Of a DNA stretch of 64,000 nt, positions 42,982 through 54,478 are shown piece after piece. Position 1 is the stretch's first letter, and every line of letters begins with the position of its first letter. Source of the stretch: Andalucia godoyi And28 (lineage: Eukaryota > Protista > Jakobida); NCBI GenBank assembly GCA_009859145.1, contig VRVR01000005.1, positions 215,448-279,447 of the forward strand. The letters are read 5' to 3'. The notes under the pieces are model-generated. The model saw only the letters and a program-made list of their open reading frames with translations, was not told the origin of the DNA and ran no database searches. The position numbers and the translations under genes were made by a program.

Positions 42982-43653
42982 CTAGCTGACAAGTTGCATA
43001 GGCGCGGGAATGGGAGTGGGAAGCAGCGAAGAAGAAGCTGGCAAAGATTGCTTCTTGGTTCTTTCGAGAATGCTGATCTTCAATCGGAGTCGCTTCACCT
43101 CGGACCTGAGTTTCGCGACCTTCACTTCCAGCACTGCATTGTTGTACACCGCTTCACCCAGCATTGCCGCATGCGTCGGTGCCGAAGCATCTTGAAACAG
43201 CATGAATGAGGAAGACGACGCATGTGTCGAAGCGACAGAAGAGTCATGCATAGAGTTCTTCATCACGTTCATCATCATCAACTCCTGCTCGCGTTCCTCA
43301 TCCTGCTTCTGATCCAGGTGTTTCTCCTTTTCCAGCCCAACCTCTGCTCCATTGTCTCCAACAGCCTTGATTTGAATCTTCTGCAGAGCTGAAAACGGAA
43401 CCAGCAGAGGAGCACTGTTGTAAATGTGCATATTGCCTCGAGATAGCGAGTGCGGCTTCTGCTGTTGGCTCACACTGCCCATATCTTGACGATACCGGCG
43501 ATGTCGTGGCGATGGTGATGATGATGATGAGGGAAATGTGGAGACTGACGTAGCAGAAAGACTATCGATCAGATGCGTAACAGATGGAGAAGGAAACTGC
43601 AAAAGTCGAGCAAAGTTTGGAATTATCCGAGAAACAATCGCCGCCAACATCAC
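42982..43653 (-). CDS. Possible small coiled-coil protein; start uncertain
   Basis: Open frame with heptad VLEVKVAKLRSEVKRLRLKISILE near the C-terminus; no family recognised. Confidence 0.35.
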   Translation of the reverse strand: MMLAAIVSRIIPNFARLLQFPSPSVTHLIDSLSATSVSTFPSSSSSPSPRHRRYRQDMGSVSQQQKPHSLSRGNMHIYNSAPLLVPFSALQKIQIKAVGDNGAEVGLEKEKHLDQKQDEEREQELMMMNVMKNSMHDSSVASTHASSSSFMLFQDASAPTHAAMLGEAVYNNAVLEVKVAKLRSEVKRLRLKISILERTKKQSLPASSSLLPTPIPAPMQLVS

Positions 43654-43835
43654 TCTTTCTACTCTTTGAATGAAAACAACGGAAATCCGGAAACTCCAAG
43701 AAAGCTCGGCTGTTCAACACAGAATCAAGAAAGACGTGCACGCAATTTACATCCGAAGCGGGGAGAAAACAAAGCACCAACGTCGCGACAGAATGTAAAG
43801 CAGAAGAACAAGAACAAGGAGAGGAGGAGAAGAAA

Positions 43836-43925
43836 AAAAGAAAGACGAAAGAAGAAAGACGAAAGACGAAAGAAGAAAGACGAAAGACGAAAGAAGAAAG
43901 ACGAAAGAAGAAAGAAAGAAAGAAA
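43836..43925. repeat. Purine-rich tandem repeat (AAAGACG/AAAGAAG units)
   Basis: Read directly. Confidence 0.9.
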
Positions 43926-44212
43926 AAGGTTTGCGTCGTTTTAATACAAAAAAATAGAACTCCAGAAGGAATGATGAAAGGAGAGTGTTGGATGAAAAAC
44001 GGATTAAGAAGGAAACCCTCCTCCAAAGTTGAAGATTGAAATGATGAGGAAATACTGGATTTTTTATTTTTGGATGGAGAAAAAGAAAAAGAAAATGCCC
44101 GATGGATTACAAATTCGAGTCGAGTCTACAAATGTCGATAAGGCCTCAAGAAACGACTGGAGACATACCTTTCTTCGCTCATTCATTCATTGGATTCCGC
44201 ACTTTGCATTTT

Positions 44213-44213
44213 G

Positions 44214-44249
<36 letters not shown>

Positions 44250-44250
44250 A
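44213..44250. repeat. (TTG)n microsatellite
   Basis: Read directly. Confidence 0.9.
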
Positions 44251-44327
44251 TTGTTATTATTTCAAGTTTGCGTTTGTTTTTTTTATTTTAATGCGAGTTG
44301 GTACTACGTCGTTGGGCGAGAGAGTAA

Positions 44328-45553
44328 ATGACCTTGATTCACACGTTTGTCGAGCCACATAATGCACAAGAGACGCCGTCGATCCGCGATGGATATTCGC
44401 CGAGCTACGAAACTAACTATCGGTTGCTTACTGCTCGTCTTATTTGTCTTTCCTGCAGCCTCCTTTCACTGTATGCCATCCTCCTTCTCTCGTTCTTTTT
44501 TTATAATATTTTTTTATTATTTTGTTTGGGTGGTTATTTGTTTATTTGCAATGAATCAAAATCGGTTAATGTATGCGTTGTAGATCGCATCTGACGACGT
44601 GCACTGCACAGGTGTTTATGCACAGATTTCTGCTTCGAAATAGCATAAAGAGCGTCTCGGCATCGACACTGTCTTCGGCTGCGATATTCCTGTCGTGCAA
44701 GTGCACAGATGATCCGCAGTATGCGTCGGACATCGTGGAGATCGTCCAAAATGTGTACTCGGGTCTCAGGGATTTGTTTGTGCTGTTGGAAACGGATCGT
44801 GGCATCGAGTTTGGAGACGAGAATCAATTCCTCGATGATGATGAGGAGGAGGAGGATAAAAACGACGAGAAGGAAGAGAAAGAGGGCCGGAATGATGATG
44901 ATGAAGAAGAAGAAGAAGAAGAAGAGAAGAAAGGAGGGAAGCACGGTGTGGGAGGGCGTTCAAACGGCAGATCTGCAGTAGCGCATGGATACAGAATTGC
45001 AGAGTCGCAAGGTTCGCATGCAGAAGAAGAGGTATTGTCGATGCAAGACCGGATTCGGCTCAAGGTGGAGTGTGTCGAGTGCGAGAAGCAAATGTTGTTT
45101 TCGTTTGGCTTTGTTACCATCGTCAAGCTTCCCCATCCATGGGCAAGCATATGCGCACAGGCACTTGCGTCTGGCAAGTCGCATCCTCTCATTTTAGAAG
45201 ACGATGTCTCTGCCGCCACTCTGAGCTCCTCGCCGTCATCTTCATCATGGAATGCCATGCGTGCGAATTTGGATATTCCCGGAAAATCAATCTTTGGGAG
45301 GCTCCCGAGCTTTGCGTGGAAGGCGGCAAATGATTCTCTGCTGACGGATTGCTGCATCCGATTCGATGAAAAGCTTGTAGCTGCTGCGTGCGTCGTGCTT
45401 GCCGCAAAAGCACTCGGAACGTCTCTCCCGGACTCCTGGAATCAGGCTTTCGGCATATCGGACGAGTCTCTGGATGACATCGCCACCATTTGCACCACCA
45501 TTGAGGATGTTTGCTATAAGAATACGTTTGCCCAACTGCAGCACCGTCCGTAA
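44328..45553 (+). CDS. Cyclin L-like transcriptional cyclin; 2 exons (44328-44470, 44584-45553)
   Basis: Exon 1 TPSIRDG...ETNYRLLTARLI (cyclin L TPS..DG motif). GTATGC at 44471 to TAG at 44583 joins to TTCTAQVFMHRF; AAIFLSCK, EKQMLFSFGF, LPHP. Confidence 0.8.
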
Positions 45554-45599
45554 GAGTATGTTTGGATGTACGGAGACGGCTCTCCTTGGTACAAATTGC

Positions 45600-45680
45600 A
45601 AAATGCTGCATGACAATCGATCCTGCGAAAATCAATCGTCTTCGGGGCAGGCCCTCAACACCCACACAAATGCATGCGCA
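45600..45680 (-). mobile_element. Possible additional Fanzor-relic 3' fragment
   Basis: Minus strand GTGTTGAGGGCCTGCCCC resembles GTGTTGGGGGGCCTGTCCCC of copy C. TTTTCGCAGGAT...GCAGCATTTTGC resembles TTTTGCGCAGGATGCAGCTTTGC of copy A. Confidence 0.35.
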
Positions 45681-45849
45681 GCGCTGCCACTTATTGCGAT
45701 ATGATGAAGCAATCTAAAGCGCACGTAACCAAAAACACTGCCACGCGCCATGCGCATGCGCTGGTTTTCTTCACAACTCCGTCACACGATGCTCGATTCG
45801 TTTGGCCCCATTTTGATCATGAAATCTCTATGAACACGCCGCCGCGTTG

Positions 45850-46070
45850 CATTATGCATGTTGTTGGGTTGCAACATTGATTATGGGTGATCAGCGATGA
45901 TTACCCGTGGTTAGTGTACAATGTAGGCGTACTCTTCAAATAGATATTGTGCGCACTATTCCAGTCGCGATCCACCATCGCTGGGCACGCTGGACATCGG
46001 AACACTTTAGCGGTTCCGTACTCCCCAGTCGCTGGCGGAATTGGAATTGGGAGTGGCCCCCACGTGGAAG
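45850..46070 (-). mobile_element. Fanzor/TnpB-derived non-autonomous relic (copy B)
   Basis: GEYGTAKVFRCPACPAMVDRDWNSAHNIYLKS (Zn-finger half + RuvC-III). Nucleotide-alignable to copy A; ends in a hairpin and ATGCATAATG like copy C. Confidence 0.82.
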
Positions 46071-46254
46071 AGGGGGAGACTTCGTTTTTATTGGGTTCTA
46101 ACGGGACGTGGACGATAAAGCAAAAAACGAAATAAAACACGATAAGAACAGTTCAAAAGTTGTTAACGGTTGTGCAGATGCAGCGCACCAGCGCAGCGAA
46201 CGGGAGGGATTGGGGAAGTAAAATATTTATGAGCCAAGATAAGACAAGCATTGC

Positions 46255-48195
46255 TCACATACCGCAAGCAGCACGCACGCGTTGCATTACGTCCTCAGAG
46301 TCTGGATTGGAATCGAGTTCACGGAGCAACTGAATGTCCGCTACGTGCTGTCGCAGGTCCGGTACAGTGAGAAGCAAAGTGGCAATCTCACGAAACACCT
46401 CTCGATGGGGCTTGGCAAAGTCGGATGAAAAGACAAGAAGAGATCGCACGCACGTCCGCACAAGCAGCTTGTCTGGATGAAGCGCCTGTGCGCGAACAAG
46501 AAAGTAGGTTCGACGGAACGTGGCTAACAACTCATCCTTGGAGTTGTCATACAATGAACTGGTCCAAAAACGCTTGGAGTACCTTCCGAGAATCCACAAC
46601 ACGGACTGACGGATGCGAAGATCTGCGCGATCAGCAGCAAGCAGTGCGCAGAGAGCGTCAAGAAGCACGCGGAGGACCGGGTGATCTTCTGGAGCCTTTT
46701 CAGCAATGCTGGTGAGGATATCCAGAACTGGCTGAACATCAGCATCTACCATGGAAGAAGAGGCAGCAGCCGTTGAGGATTGATCACTACCAGCCATGTT
46801 ATTATTAGTATTGCTGTTACTGTTGTTGTTGCTGCTGTTACTAGCATTGCTTCCCGCCTCAGTAGCTCCATCCATGGATCCACTTACAATATCGGCACAC
46901 AAATGGACGGTGAACGCAAGCACGGGCCGCACAATCTCGACGGCAAACGTGTCCACGGATATTCGTTCCTTGGCGTGCAGCAGCAGCACTCTGCGCTCCG
47001 AAGGCGACATCTTGTCCACTTCCACTGGGCAATCCGCAGACGAACTCTTTGCAACAACCCCGACGCCGTTCGTCAGTGCCGACATGAATGAAAAGCCGCC
47101 ATCCGAGCCAGGACTTGACAGGTTCAGTTTGAATGAATCCGAGTCTCGCTTTGCAGCCCCAATGCCATTGCTGTTGTTGTTACTACTGGCACTTCCGAAG
47201 AATCGCGAATGATCCGGATACAGAAAATCCAGCGATGATTCGTACCAGATTCTGCAAACCGCGGCCATGAATCGCACCTCCGGCCAGAATGCGTGCTTTC
47301 CCTCTGTGACCAACCGACCCACCTCTGACAAGCGGTGCGCCTGCATTTCAGCTGGAATGTAAGACGCTTGGTATCTCGATGTTCTGCACAACTGCGTCAA
47401 TGCCTTTAAAGCAGCATACGCGTACACTCTTCTTCGTAGCGCCATTACTTCGGAGATCTTTGCCAGTGCCACATCCATCGGCAGCACGGCCGACGGCTGC
47501 AAAAAGTGGTGATATCCTCCGTCTGCGAGTGCGGCGATTGCCGGGAGCGAAATGTTCGCAACGGGATCCTTGGCCAGCGTGGCAAGCAGCCCTGAAGCTG
47601 CGGAGTAGACTGCCTGATTATCACGGCAGTGCAGCACCACTTGTCGCGCAAGACCCACTGCATGTGCCTTCATCATTGGAGTTCTGGCAGGCAAATTTCC
47701 TGAGTTGACAGCGGAAATCGAAGGTAGAGACTTGGGGGAGAACGATCCATCGCCCAGAGCTCGCTCAAGTCGCTGGTAGGCAAGCAACACTAGACGATCG
47801 TCTTTTGAAGAGAGACCCGCTTGGACAAACGCAGCCAGATCTGCCGCATTACCACCGCCGCCGCTGCTGCTGCTATTGGCATTGGAAGTAACGAGCGACG
47901 GAGCAAACGAAGGATCGAGAAGACTAACAAGGTGTTGAAGCATGATTTTGAACTGAACGTCCTCAAACGCGAGACAAGCTTTGAGGACTGGCACAAGGTC
48001 AAGAGCCGATGCAATACCAGGTGATCCAGGAGTCGCAGCAATTACAAAAGATCCATCCCATGACGACGCCACTTCTTCGACAATCGTCTCCACAGCCCAG
48101 GGAAGACGCTTCGGTGGCTTTGCTCCAGAAACCGCAGAAGGTGCGGCCTGCCGAAGAATCCCAACTGCAGCTACGAGATCCTCAGAACTCACCAT
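46255..48195 (-). CDS. HEAT/ARM-repeat protein, adaptin-large-subunit-like (TSET/AP-5 candidate)
   Basis: Helical repeats; VLWILGRY recalls the adaptin WIxGEY motif. The ATG at 48195 is inferred. Confidence 0.45.
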   Translation of the reverse strand: MVSSEDLVAAVGILRQAAPSAVSGAKPPKRLPWAVETIVEEVASSWDGSFVIAATPGSPGIASALDLVPVLKACLAFEDVQFKIMLQHLVSLLDPSFAPSLVTSNANSSSSGGGGNAADLAAFVQAGLSSKDDRLVLLAYQRLERALGDGSFSPKSLPSISAVNSGNLPARTPMMKAHAVGLARQVVLHCRDNQAVYSAASGLLATLAKDPVANISLPAIAALADGGYHHFLQPSAVLPMDVALAKISEVMALRRRVYAYAALKALTQLCRTSRYQASYIPAEMQAHRLSEVGRLVTEGKHAFWPEVRFMAAVCRIWYESSLDFLYPDHSRFFGSASSNNNSNGIGAAKRDSDSFKLNLSSPGSDGGFSFMSALTNGVGVVAKSSSADCPVEVDKMSPSERRVLLLHAKERISVDTFAVEIVRPVLAFTVHLCADIVSGSMDGATEAGSNASNSSNNNSNSNTNNNMAGSDQSSTAAASSSMVDADVQPVLDILTSIAEKAPEDHPVLRVLLDALCALLAADRADLRIRQSVLWILGRYSKRFWTSSLYDNSKDELLATFRRTYFLVRAQALHPDKLLVRTCVRSLLVFSSDFAKPHREVFREIATLLLTVPDLRQHVADIQLLRELDSNPDSEDVMQRVRAACGM

Positions 48196-48440
48196 TAAAA
48201 CCACGCTGTGGACACACACACACACACAGTGAGTGAGAGAGAGAGAGAGAGACGGGGAAATCTGATAAAACCGAAAAACGAAAAGAGCAAAGGTGAAAGC
48301 AAAAGTCGGATTCATTTGTCCATTAGTGAAAGTCGTAGGAAAAGCTGCTCTCAGAGAATACAGCAGTTGGACGTTTTTCTTCTACAGGCGGTGGCATTCT
48401 TCCTCTGGGATACTGCGATGGATGATGGAGAAGACCAGTT

Positions 48441-50069
48441 TTATGAATGTGCGATATGGGGTGTCGAGGAAACGTCGTTTTCTGCGGTGGAAGGATTTGT
48501 CAAGGGTTGGAACAGATGTACGCCTTGCTCTACGACGTGGTCCGACATGTGATCTGGAGCGGGACCAGGGTGGTGATGTTCTGATGCACCGAGCAGTCTT
48601 TTGAGTTTTCGGGAGAGGTACTTCTTGCGACATTGAATCGTCCGATACAATCGATCTGACGGTAAAGCTCGCTGGGTAGCTCGTTGGGCAACTCTCCGGT
48701 CATCAGACTCGACAGCATTTCTCAGCGGCAGATGAAAATCGACCAAGCTCGCTACTGCGCTGTGCACTGTCGACGACGATGCGTTCACAAACGAAGAAGA
48801 TGGCGCGGTAGAGTCTGAAGGTGTGTCATCTTGCGCACCGGCCTGCGACCTTTCTGCTGGCTCTGGTATGCTGGACAATATTTGTGTGTATACTTCCAGA
48901 GGGCGTGTTTGCAGGACGAGTGGTGGATCAGTAGTCGTCCCGCTCGGTGCAACGACAAGGTTGATAAGTGCCTCGTCAATGGCTGGCTTTTGCTTGCAGA
49001 CTGCTTCGAGAGAATTCTCCTTGAATACCGACCCCGGCGTGTGTTCGCCGTACACAAAAACGTTGCATCGGTTCGCAATGATTCTGTGGTACACGTAATC
49101 GGCGGGGACCGCGCCCTTGGCCTTTTGTCGATTCCATCTTCTTCGCTCCGAGTCGTCGCAGACAAGCGGGCGAGGAACAACAACTTCGACGCGATATGTG
49201 CATTTGGACGGTCCAGCTGTCGCACAATTACGACAACGGAAGTTGCAATGCAGTCTGGATCGAGATAGATAATCTCCGTTGGACGATCTTCCGAGTCGGC
49301 GGGTCATGATCAACGACGAAAACACCCCATCGGAGAGGTGAAGACCTCGACCAGTGAATCCCATTTCTCGCATTGCTGTTTGCTGATCGCCCTTCGCTGA
49401 AAGCACTGGTTCAACATCCGAGCTTGTTCCCCCCACGTGATGCGCATCCAACACAAGAACGCATCCATCGCGTCTTTGAAGCTCCAAAAGGGTACGCGGA
49501 ACATCTTCGAGCAGAACCCCTCGAGCCACTATTCGTGCATTCTGTTCGGTCATCGAAGTCGAACACCGGTCGTCGACCGACGGAACCTCCGGAACAGCCA
49601 GCAGCCACGGACCAGTCTCGGGAGTCGGATGCAGCTCCAATGCCTCAAACTCGGCCAAACCCGTAGACGACCCCGGTTGCGAATCACTGTGAAGCTGTGG
49701 CCGTCGCTGTGGCTGCCGCCGCTGGACGTCTGGCTGCGACGGTGACTGCGATGGCGGTTCTAATTGGGACACCATTAGGCCATCACCAGCAGCACCAGCA
49801 GTTCTCGACTGCTGCTTCCTCTTCGGCGCACCAGATCTGGGAAGCCCTTCCAAAGTGCAGACATCCGACGGGAGCCCAGACTGGCTGGCTGGGCCAGCAG
49901 ATCTGCGAAGCGTCTTCCTCGATTTTCCATTGTCAATCCGAGGAGCATAAGGAACCGCCTGAGAAGAAGAGGCTGAAGAGGACGATTCTTGCATAGACAG
50001 CAGAGAAAAGTTGGAAGAGGGAGAAAAAGAAAAACATTGGCTTGTCGAGTGTCGACGCATTGCCGACAC
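48441..50069 (-). CDS. Hypothetical protein with WRKY/GCM1/FLYWCH-like Cys-His motif; possible domesticated MULE-type DNA-binding domain
   Basis: RLHCNFRCRNCATAGPSKCTYRVEV...RPLVCD...VFVYGEHT and a basic C-terminus; no DDE domain seen. Confidence 0.45.
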   Translation of the reverse strand: MSAMRRHSTSQCFSFSPSSNFSLLSMQESSSSASSSQAVPYAPRIDNGKSRKTLRRSAGPASQSGLPSDVCTLEGLPRSGAPKRKQQSRTAGAAGDGLMVSQLEPPSQSPSQPDVQRRQPQRRPQLHSDSQPGSSTGLAEFEALELHPTPETGPWLLAVPEVPSVDDRCSTSMTEQNARIVARGVLLEDVPRTLLELQRRDGCVLVLDAHHVGGTSSDVEPVLSAKGDQQTAMREMGFTGRGLHLSDGVFSSLIMTRRLGRSSNGDYLSRSRLHCNFRCRNCATAGPSKCTYRVEVVVPRPLVCDDSERRRWNRQKAKGAVPADYVYHRIIANRCNVFVYGEHTPGSVFKENSLEAVCKQKPAIDEALINLVVAPSGTTTDPPLVLQTRPLEVYTQILSSIPEPAERSQAGAQDDTPSDSTAPSSSFVNASSSTVHSAVASLVDFHLPLRNAVESDDRRVAQRATQRALPSDRLYRTIQCRKKYLSRKLKRLLGASEHHHPGPAPDHMSDHVVEQGVHLFQPLTNPSTAENDVSSTPHIAHS

Positions 50070-50645
50070 TGCGTCATCGTTCCCTCACGCAACCCGATGA
50101 TGCGTTCTGGGGTCGTTGCCTTCTTAGAGCACACCCATTCAAATCAATGCAAGGATTCCAGGAACGGGAAGCGTGAAATGTCCGGCAGAACCAGACATTT
50201 TCAATCTTCACGAGTGCCCTGTGCGAGACTCCAGCTCTGTCGTAGAGGATGCGGACGTTGGAGTCACGTTCTTCTTCTTTCTTTGACTTTTTCTTTTGTT
50301 TTGTTTTATGTTGTGCTTGTTTTATTTTTCTGTCGACAACAAGGGAAGAAAAAGAAGAACGGCTTGAGGAATTGCTGGAGTTTCTGAATTGAATTTTATG
50401 GAAGCGCCCTTACTTGGGTTGCGTCAAGACAACAGACCATAACAAACTTACAGCTGGCTTCCAAAAAGACGAAGAAAATAAAGATAATAAAATTAATAAA
50501 ATTAATAAAATTTAAAAAAATAAAAGGAGGCTCTGCATCATCTCTGAATCCTGTAGCGCACTGATCTGCGTTTACCCGTATTGAGGAAACGGCGATGGTG
50601 CCAAACAACCTCCTGTCGGCTTTCGATCACTGGCTAGTGCCGCAT

Positions 50646-51867
50646 TCACTGCGGAGATCTGGCCGGAACCGCCACCGTTTCCTGCAGTGTTTTGGCAAAA
50701 TCTGCAAGTGCCTCCGCATCATATGCAGCAATGGACTGTGAGTTCTGGTCCGCATGCTGCACCTTTGGAATGACTATTCCTCGTATCAGCTGGATGGCAT
50801 GGCCGAGTGCTACTTTGTTTTCTTCTCTTTCCATCACGTGACGGAAGCGACGATGTATGTGAATTAAGAACTGGACTGCCTTTTCTGCGACCAGCATGTT
50901 CTCTTCCGCCAACATTGTAATTAAATGAGGAAGAATAGCGTGCATGGTGTCCTCGTTGGAACCTCTTAGATCTTCTGTTTGCTGAACGCGCATAAGCACT
51001 TCTGTCAGCTCCTTTGGACTGTGCATGGAGGCCATCACGTTTCGGTGGAAGATGGAGTTTGCGAATACACATGGAACATCGGCCACCTGGTTGTTCTCCG
51101 TCGAAGCATCCATGCACTGCGCAGAAACTGGAATATTTGCGTCTCCTGGAAACAACGGAGATCCCGCAGGCTCCTCGTTTCTGACGAATGCGTTCTGCGC
51201 GGATTGATTTCCGAAATGGAGACCTGTCACCTGACGATCCTCAAATGACGATCTCACGTTCGAGAATCGCTGCTGGGGCAATCCGGGATTCCCGTGTGTC
51301 ACTCGGGGGTTCGCAGCTGGGGTGGCGTATGAGAGTGAGTGCAAGACCTGCGCTTTCGTAATCCGGCTGCTGCTGTTCTCATTCGACTCATTTAGGCTGT
51401 CTGCGGTTCGATGCAGATGGTTAGTGCTTCCTTTCTGGGCGTGATAGCTTCCCCGATGTGCCGCGCCAGACTTTCCCGAACTGCGATAATCACTGCAACT
51501 GATGTTGTGATGTGTTTGATGATCGCTTGGATACCGCGTGTGTGACTTTGCCGAGGACAACGGAGAAAGCAGCCTTGCAACTTCTGGAAACTGCGAAGAG
51601 AGGTACGAGCACAGGATGTTGACCGCACTGGCGATCTTGTCTGTTCGCGCCTGCTGCTCCGTGTTGTTTCGTTGGATGATCTCCAACTGTTGAACCAGAC
51701 GTTTCTGTTCCAAGAGTAGTGCTTTCGTGTACAATAACAATAAGGAATGCTAAATTAGCGATTCTCCCTCAATAAAGAAAGAAAGAGTAACAGAAGGAGG
51801 GACACGTACTGTTGATGGTGATGAGCAGCTCTACCTCAAGAGGAGAATGCTGGTCGTTGTCCGCCAT
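50646..51867 (-). CDS. Coiled-coil + helical C-terminal domain protein (katanin p80 con80-like?); 2 exons (51867-51835, 51749-50646)
   Basis: Short exon MADNDQHSPLE, GTAGAG donor, CTAAT-TTAG acceptor, in frame. C-terminal TMHAILPHLITML...AEKAVQFLIHIHRRF weakly recalls con80. Confidence 0.5.
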
Positions 51868-52294
51868 TCCTTCTTTCTGGGAACTGTGGAATTAAAATAT
51901 AAAAAAGGAAAAGCAAAACCAATGTGTTCACACTAACAAAGGGAACGAATGGACTGTGTGTGATTAAACCCGGATGATGAAGAGATTTTTCTTCTTGTTT
52001 TTTTTCCTGCAGAAAATCAAGTGGTGGAGAGTTTGGAGACACGACCTTCCTCCAGTTTCTGACAATTCCCGCCTGTTGTCATTTCTGTCAGTCCCTCCAA
52101 AGCCCAATTAAATAAAAAAAAAATCCAATGAAAAGCTTTCCAAAATGTCATTATTGCAATGTCCGCCTCTTTCTTTCTTGCACCGCATTCTTCTTCTTCT
52201 TCTTCTTCTTCTCCTCTCCATTCTTCTTCTTCTTCTATATATATTATTGTTACTATTGTTTTCGGTACTCCCGTCTTCGCACGCATTGTACATC

Positions 52295-53080
52295 ATGAAT
52301 CCGCAGTATATGTACGGAAGATTCAACACACCTCAACAAGGTGGGGCGTCGAACATGACACCACAGTCTGGCTCCCGACAGCCAATGCCCACGATGGGAA
52401 ACACACCATCCGCGCGTTTGCCATCCGTGCTGTCGAATTCGTCCCCAGCCATGGGGGTAGGTATGAGCGCTTTGCATCCCAAGCCGTCGCCACCTGTTGA
52501 GACTGTTTTTGTACCCGAAGTGCCTGCGCTTGTGAAGAACAATGGAAACGTAGTTTCGCATCATAACGCTATTCAAAAATCAATTGTTGACAGGAAGGCT
52601 GCGGCCGACGGTTCCGTCTCAGAACCACCTGCAAAAAGAGCAAAGCCGAATCTGCCGGGAGCTGCAATACCCAGTGCGACAACGACTTCCATGCAGCCAT
52701 TTTCGTTCACTTCCGATGCTGTTCTTGGTCGGCTTGGCCCGTTTCCGGACGAGATCCGCCACATGATTGCTTCGCTGATTGAGTGTGAACAACAGATGTC
52801 TGCGTTGCTCAAGTACAAACTTTCTTCTTTACGCTCTGTATATAGGCCTGTTCGAAGGCAGCGTCTTTCCCTTCGTTTGTATGTGTTTAACACCATAGAT
52901 CGAGGGCTTACGCCGGAGGAACACTCGCAGTGGGCAACTGTGTCCCACCAGCAAATCCAACATGCTGTGGCACAGCAGCAGCGTCAAGCAGCACAAATGG
53001 CAGCCGCTGCGCATGCGCAGGCACAGCTGGCTGCTCAGCAACAAAAAGAACTGCAGATGCAAAAGGAAAACGAGGCAGCG

Positions 53081-53111
<31 letters not shown>

Positions 53112-54433
53112 CAGCCACAGCCACAGCCACAGCCACAGCCACAGCAGCCACAGCAGCAATTGATGGAACCAACCTGGGGTCTCCGTCACCCAGTACTGCT
53201 CAGAATCCGCTTCCTCCGGCCCTGGCTCCGGTTCCAACTCCAACTGCAGCCCCGGTTCCAGCGCCAGCACCGGCTTCCGTTCCCACGCCGGCGGCACCGG
53301 TTGTTCTTCCTCCTGCGGTTATGGCTCCGTTGCCACCTCCTACGGACAACTCGCCGTGCTTCTTTACTCTTCGCGTCCAAGGCGAGGTGTTGGACCGCTC
53401 AACAGGACAGCCGCATCCGGATTTTAAGATCACAGACTTTTTGGATCGCGTGGTGATTGACCTGGACAAGGGTGTTGTGCCCCCGAACACGCCGGTCTCT
53501 GTCGAATGGACGAATCGTTCGAATGCGAATTCTGCTTCGAACATCGCGCAGCCGAACGGATCGCGCGGGATTGCACTTCGTCGATTCTGCTCTGCCCCCA
53601 AGATGCTCGCGAACCCGTACACGGCTCCTGTGCGGATTGTGTTGTTTTTGAGAGAAAGGCCGCAACGATATAACATTTCTGAGCCGCTGCGCTTCTTGCT
53701 TAGACTGCCTAGACATCGTGCGTTGACTACGCGAGACCTTGTCTCTCATCTTGTTGCGTACATTGAGGCACACAACCTTTGGGATGTCGGTCAGGATGAC
53801 AAACTTGCTGTTCGATTGGGCACCCCGGAAATGAAGGAAGTGTTTTCGGGTCCTGTTGCTGCCGGCATTCAGGGCATCTTTTCTGGACCTACGGGAGACG
53901 TTAAGGTTCCTGCAAACATTTTACTGGATATTCTGGAGCGACATGTTTCGCCCACGAAGCCGATTTTGATCCCGCACACGATTCGTTTTGATATTCCGCC
54001 CGTTGTGACCACGAACATCTCGACATCTGTCGATGGTGTTTCCACTTATTCCGCCGAGCACACTGCGGCTCTGTACGACATTTCAGTAGAAACAGACGAG
54101 ACGACGGATGCAGATGTCAACGATGCGTTCATTGCGTCTGTTTCCAAAGTATGGGAAGAAGAGTGCGGCTCTCTTGACGCTGCCGTTGACTCTGTGCTCT
54201 CCGAAGCATCGGCGCGTACCGAAAGAGCACGAACCATGCGTGCATTTGCAGAGAATCCAAACGGGTGGATCCATGCGACTTTGTGTTCCCTCACCCGTGG
54301 TCTGAGCGCCGTGACCGGTGCAGGTGGATTGGGCAGTATTTTGGGCGAGCGAGAGCAAGAACTCAAGACGCAGTACTTTCAGCAGGACTGGGTTCCGGAT
54401 GCTGTTGTACGTTACCTAGCCAAGAAGCAGTAA
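52295..54433 (+). CDS. SWI/SNF BAF60/Swp73 (SMARCD) family SWIB-domain subunit
   Basis: SLRLYVFNT, FTLRVQGEVLD, FLDRVVIDLD, VEW, PQRYNISEPL...TTRDLVSHLVAYIEAHNLWD, RAFAENPNGWI, YFQQDWVPDAVVRYL. Confidence 0.85.
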
Positions 54434-54478
54434 CTCGAGACTGGGAGACATAATTAAAGCAAAAGTACATTACGTCGT

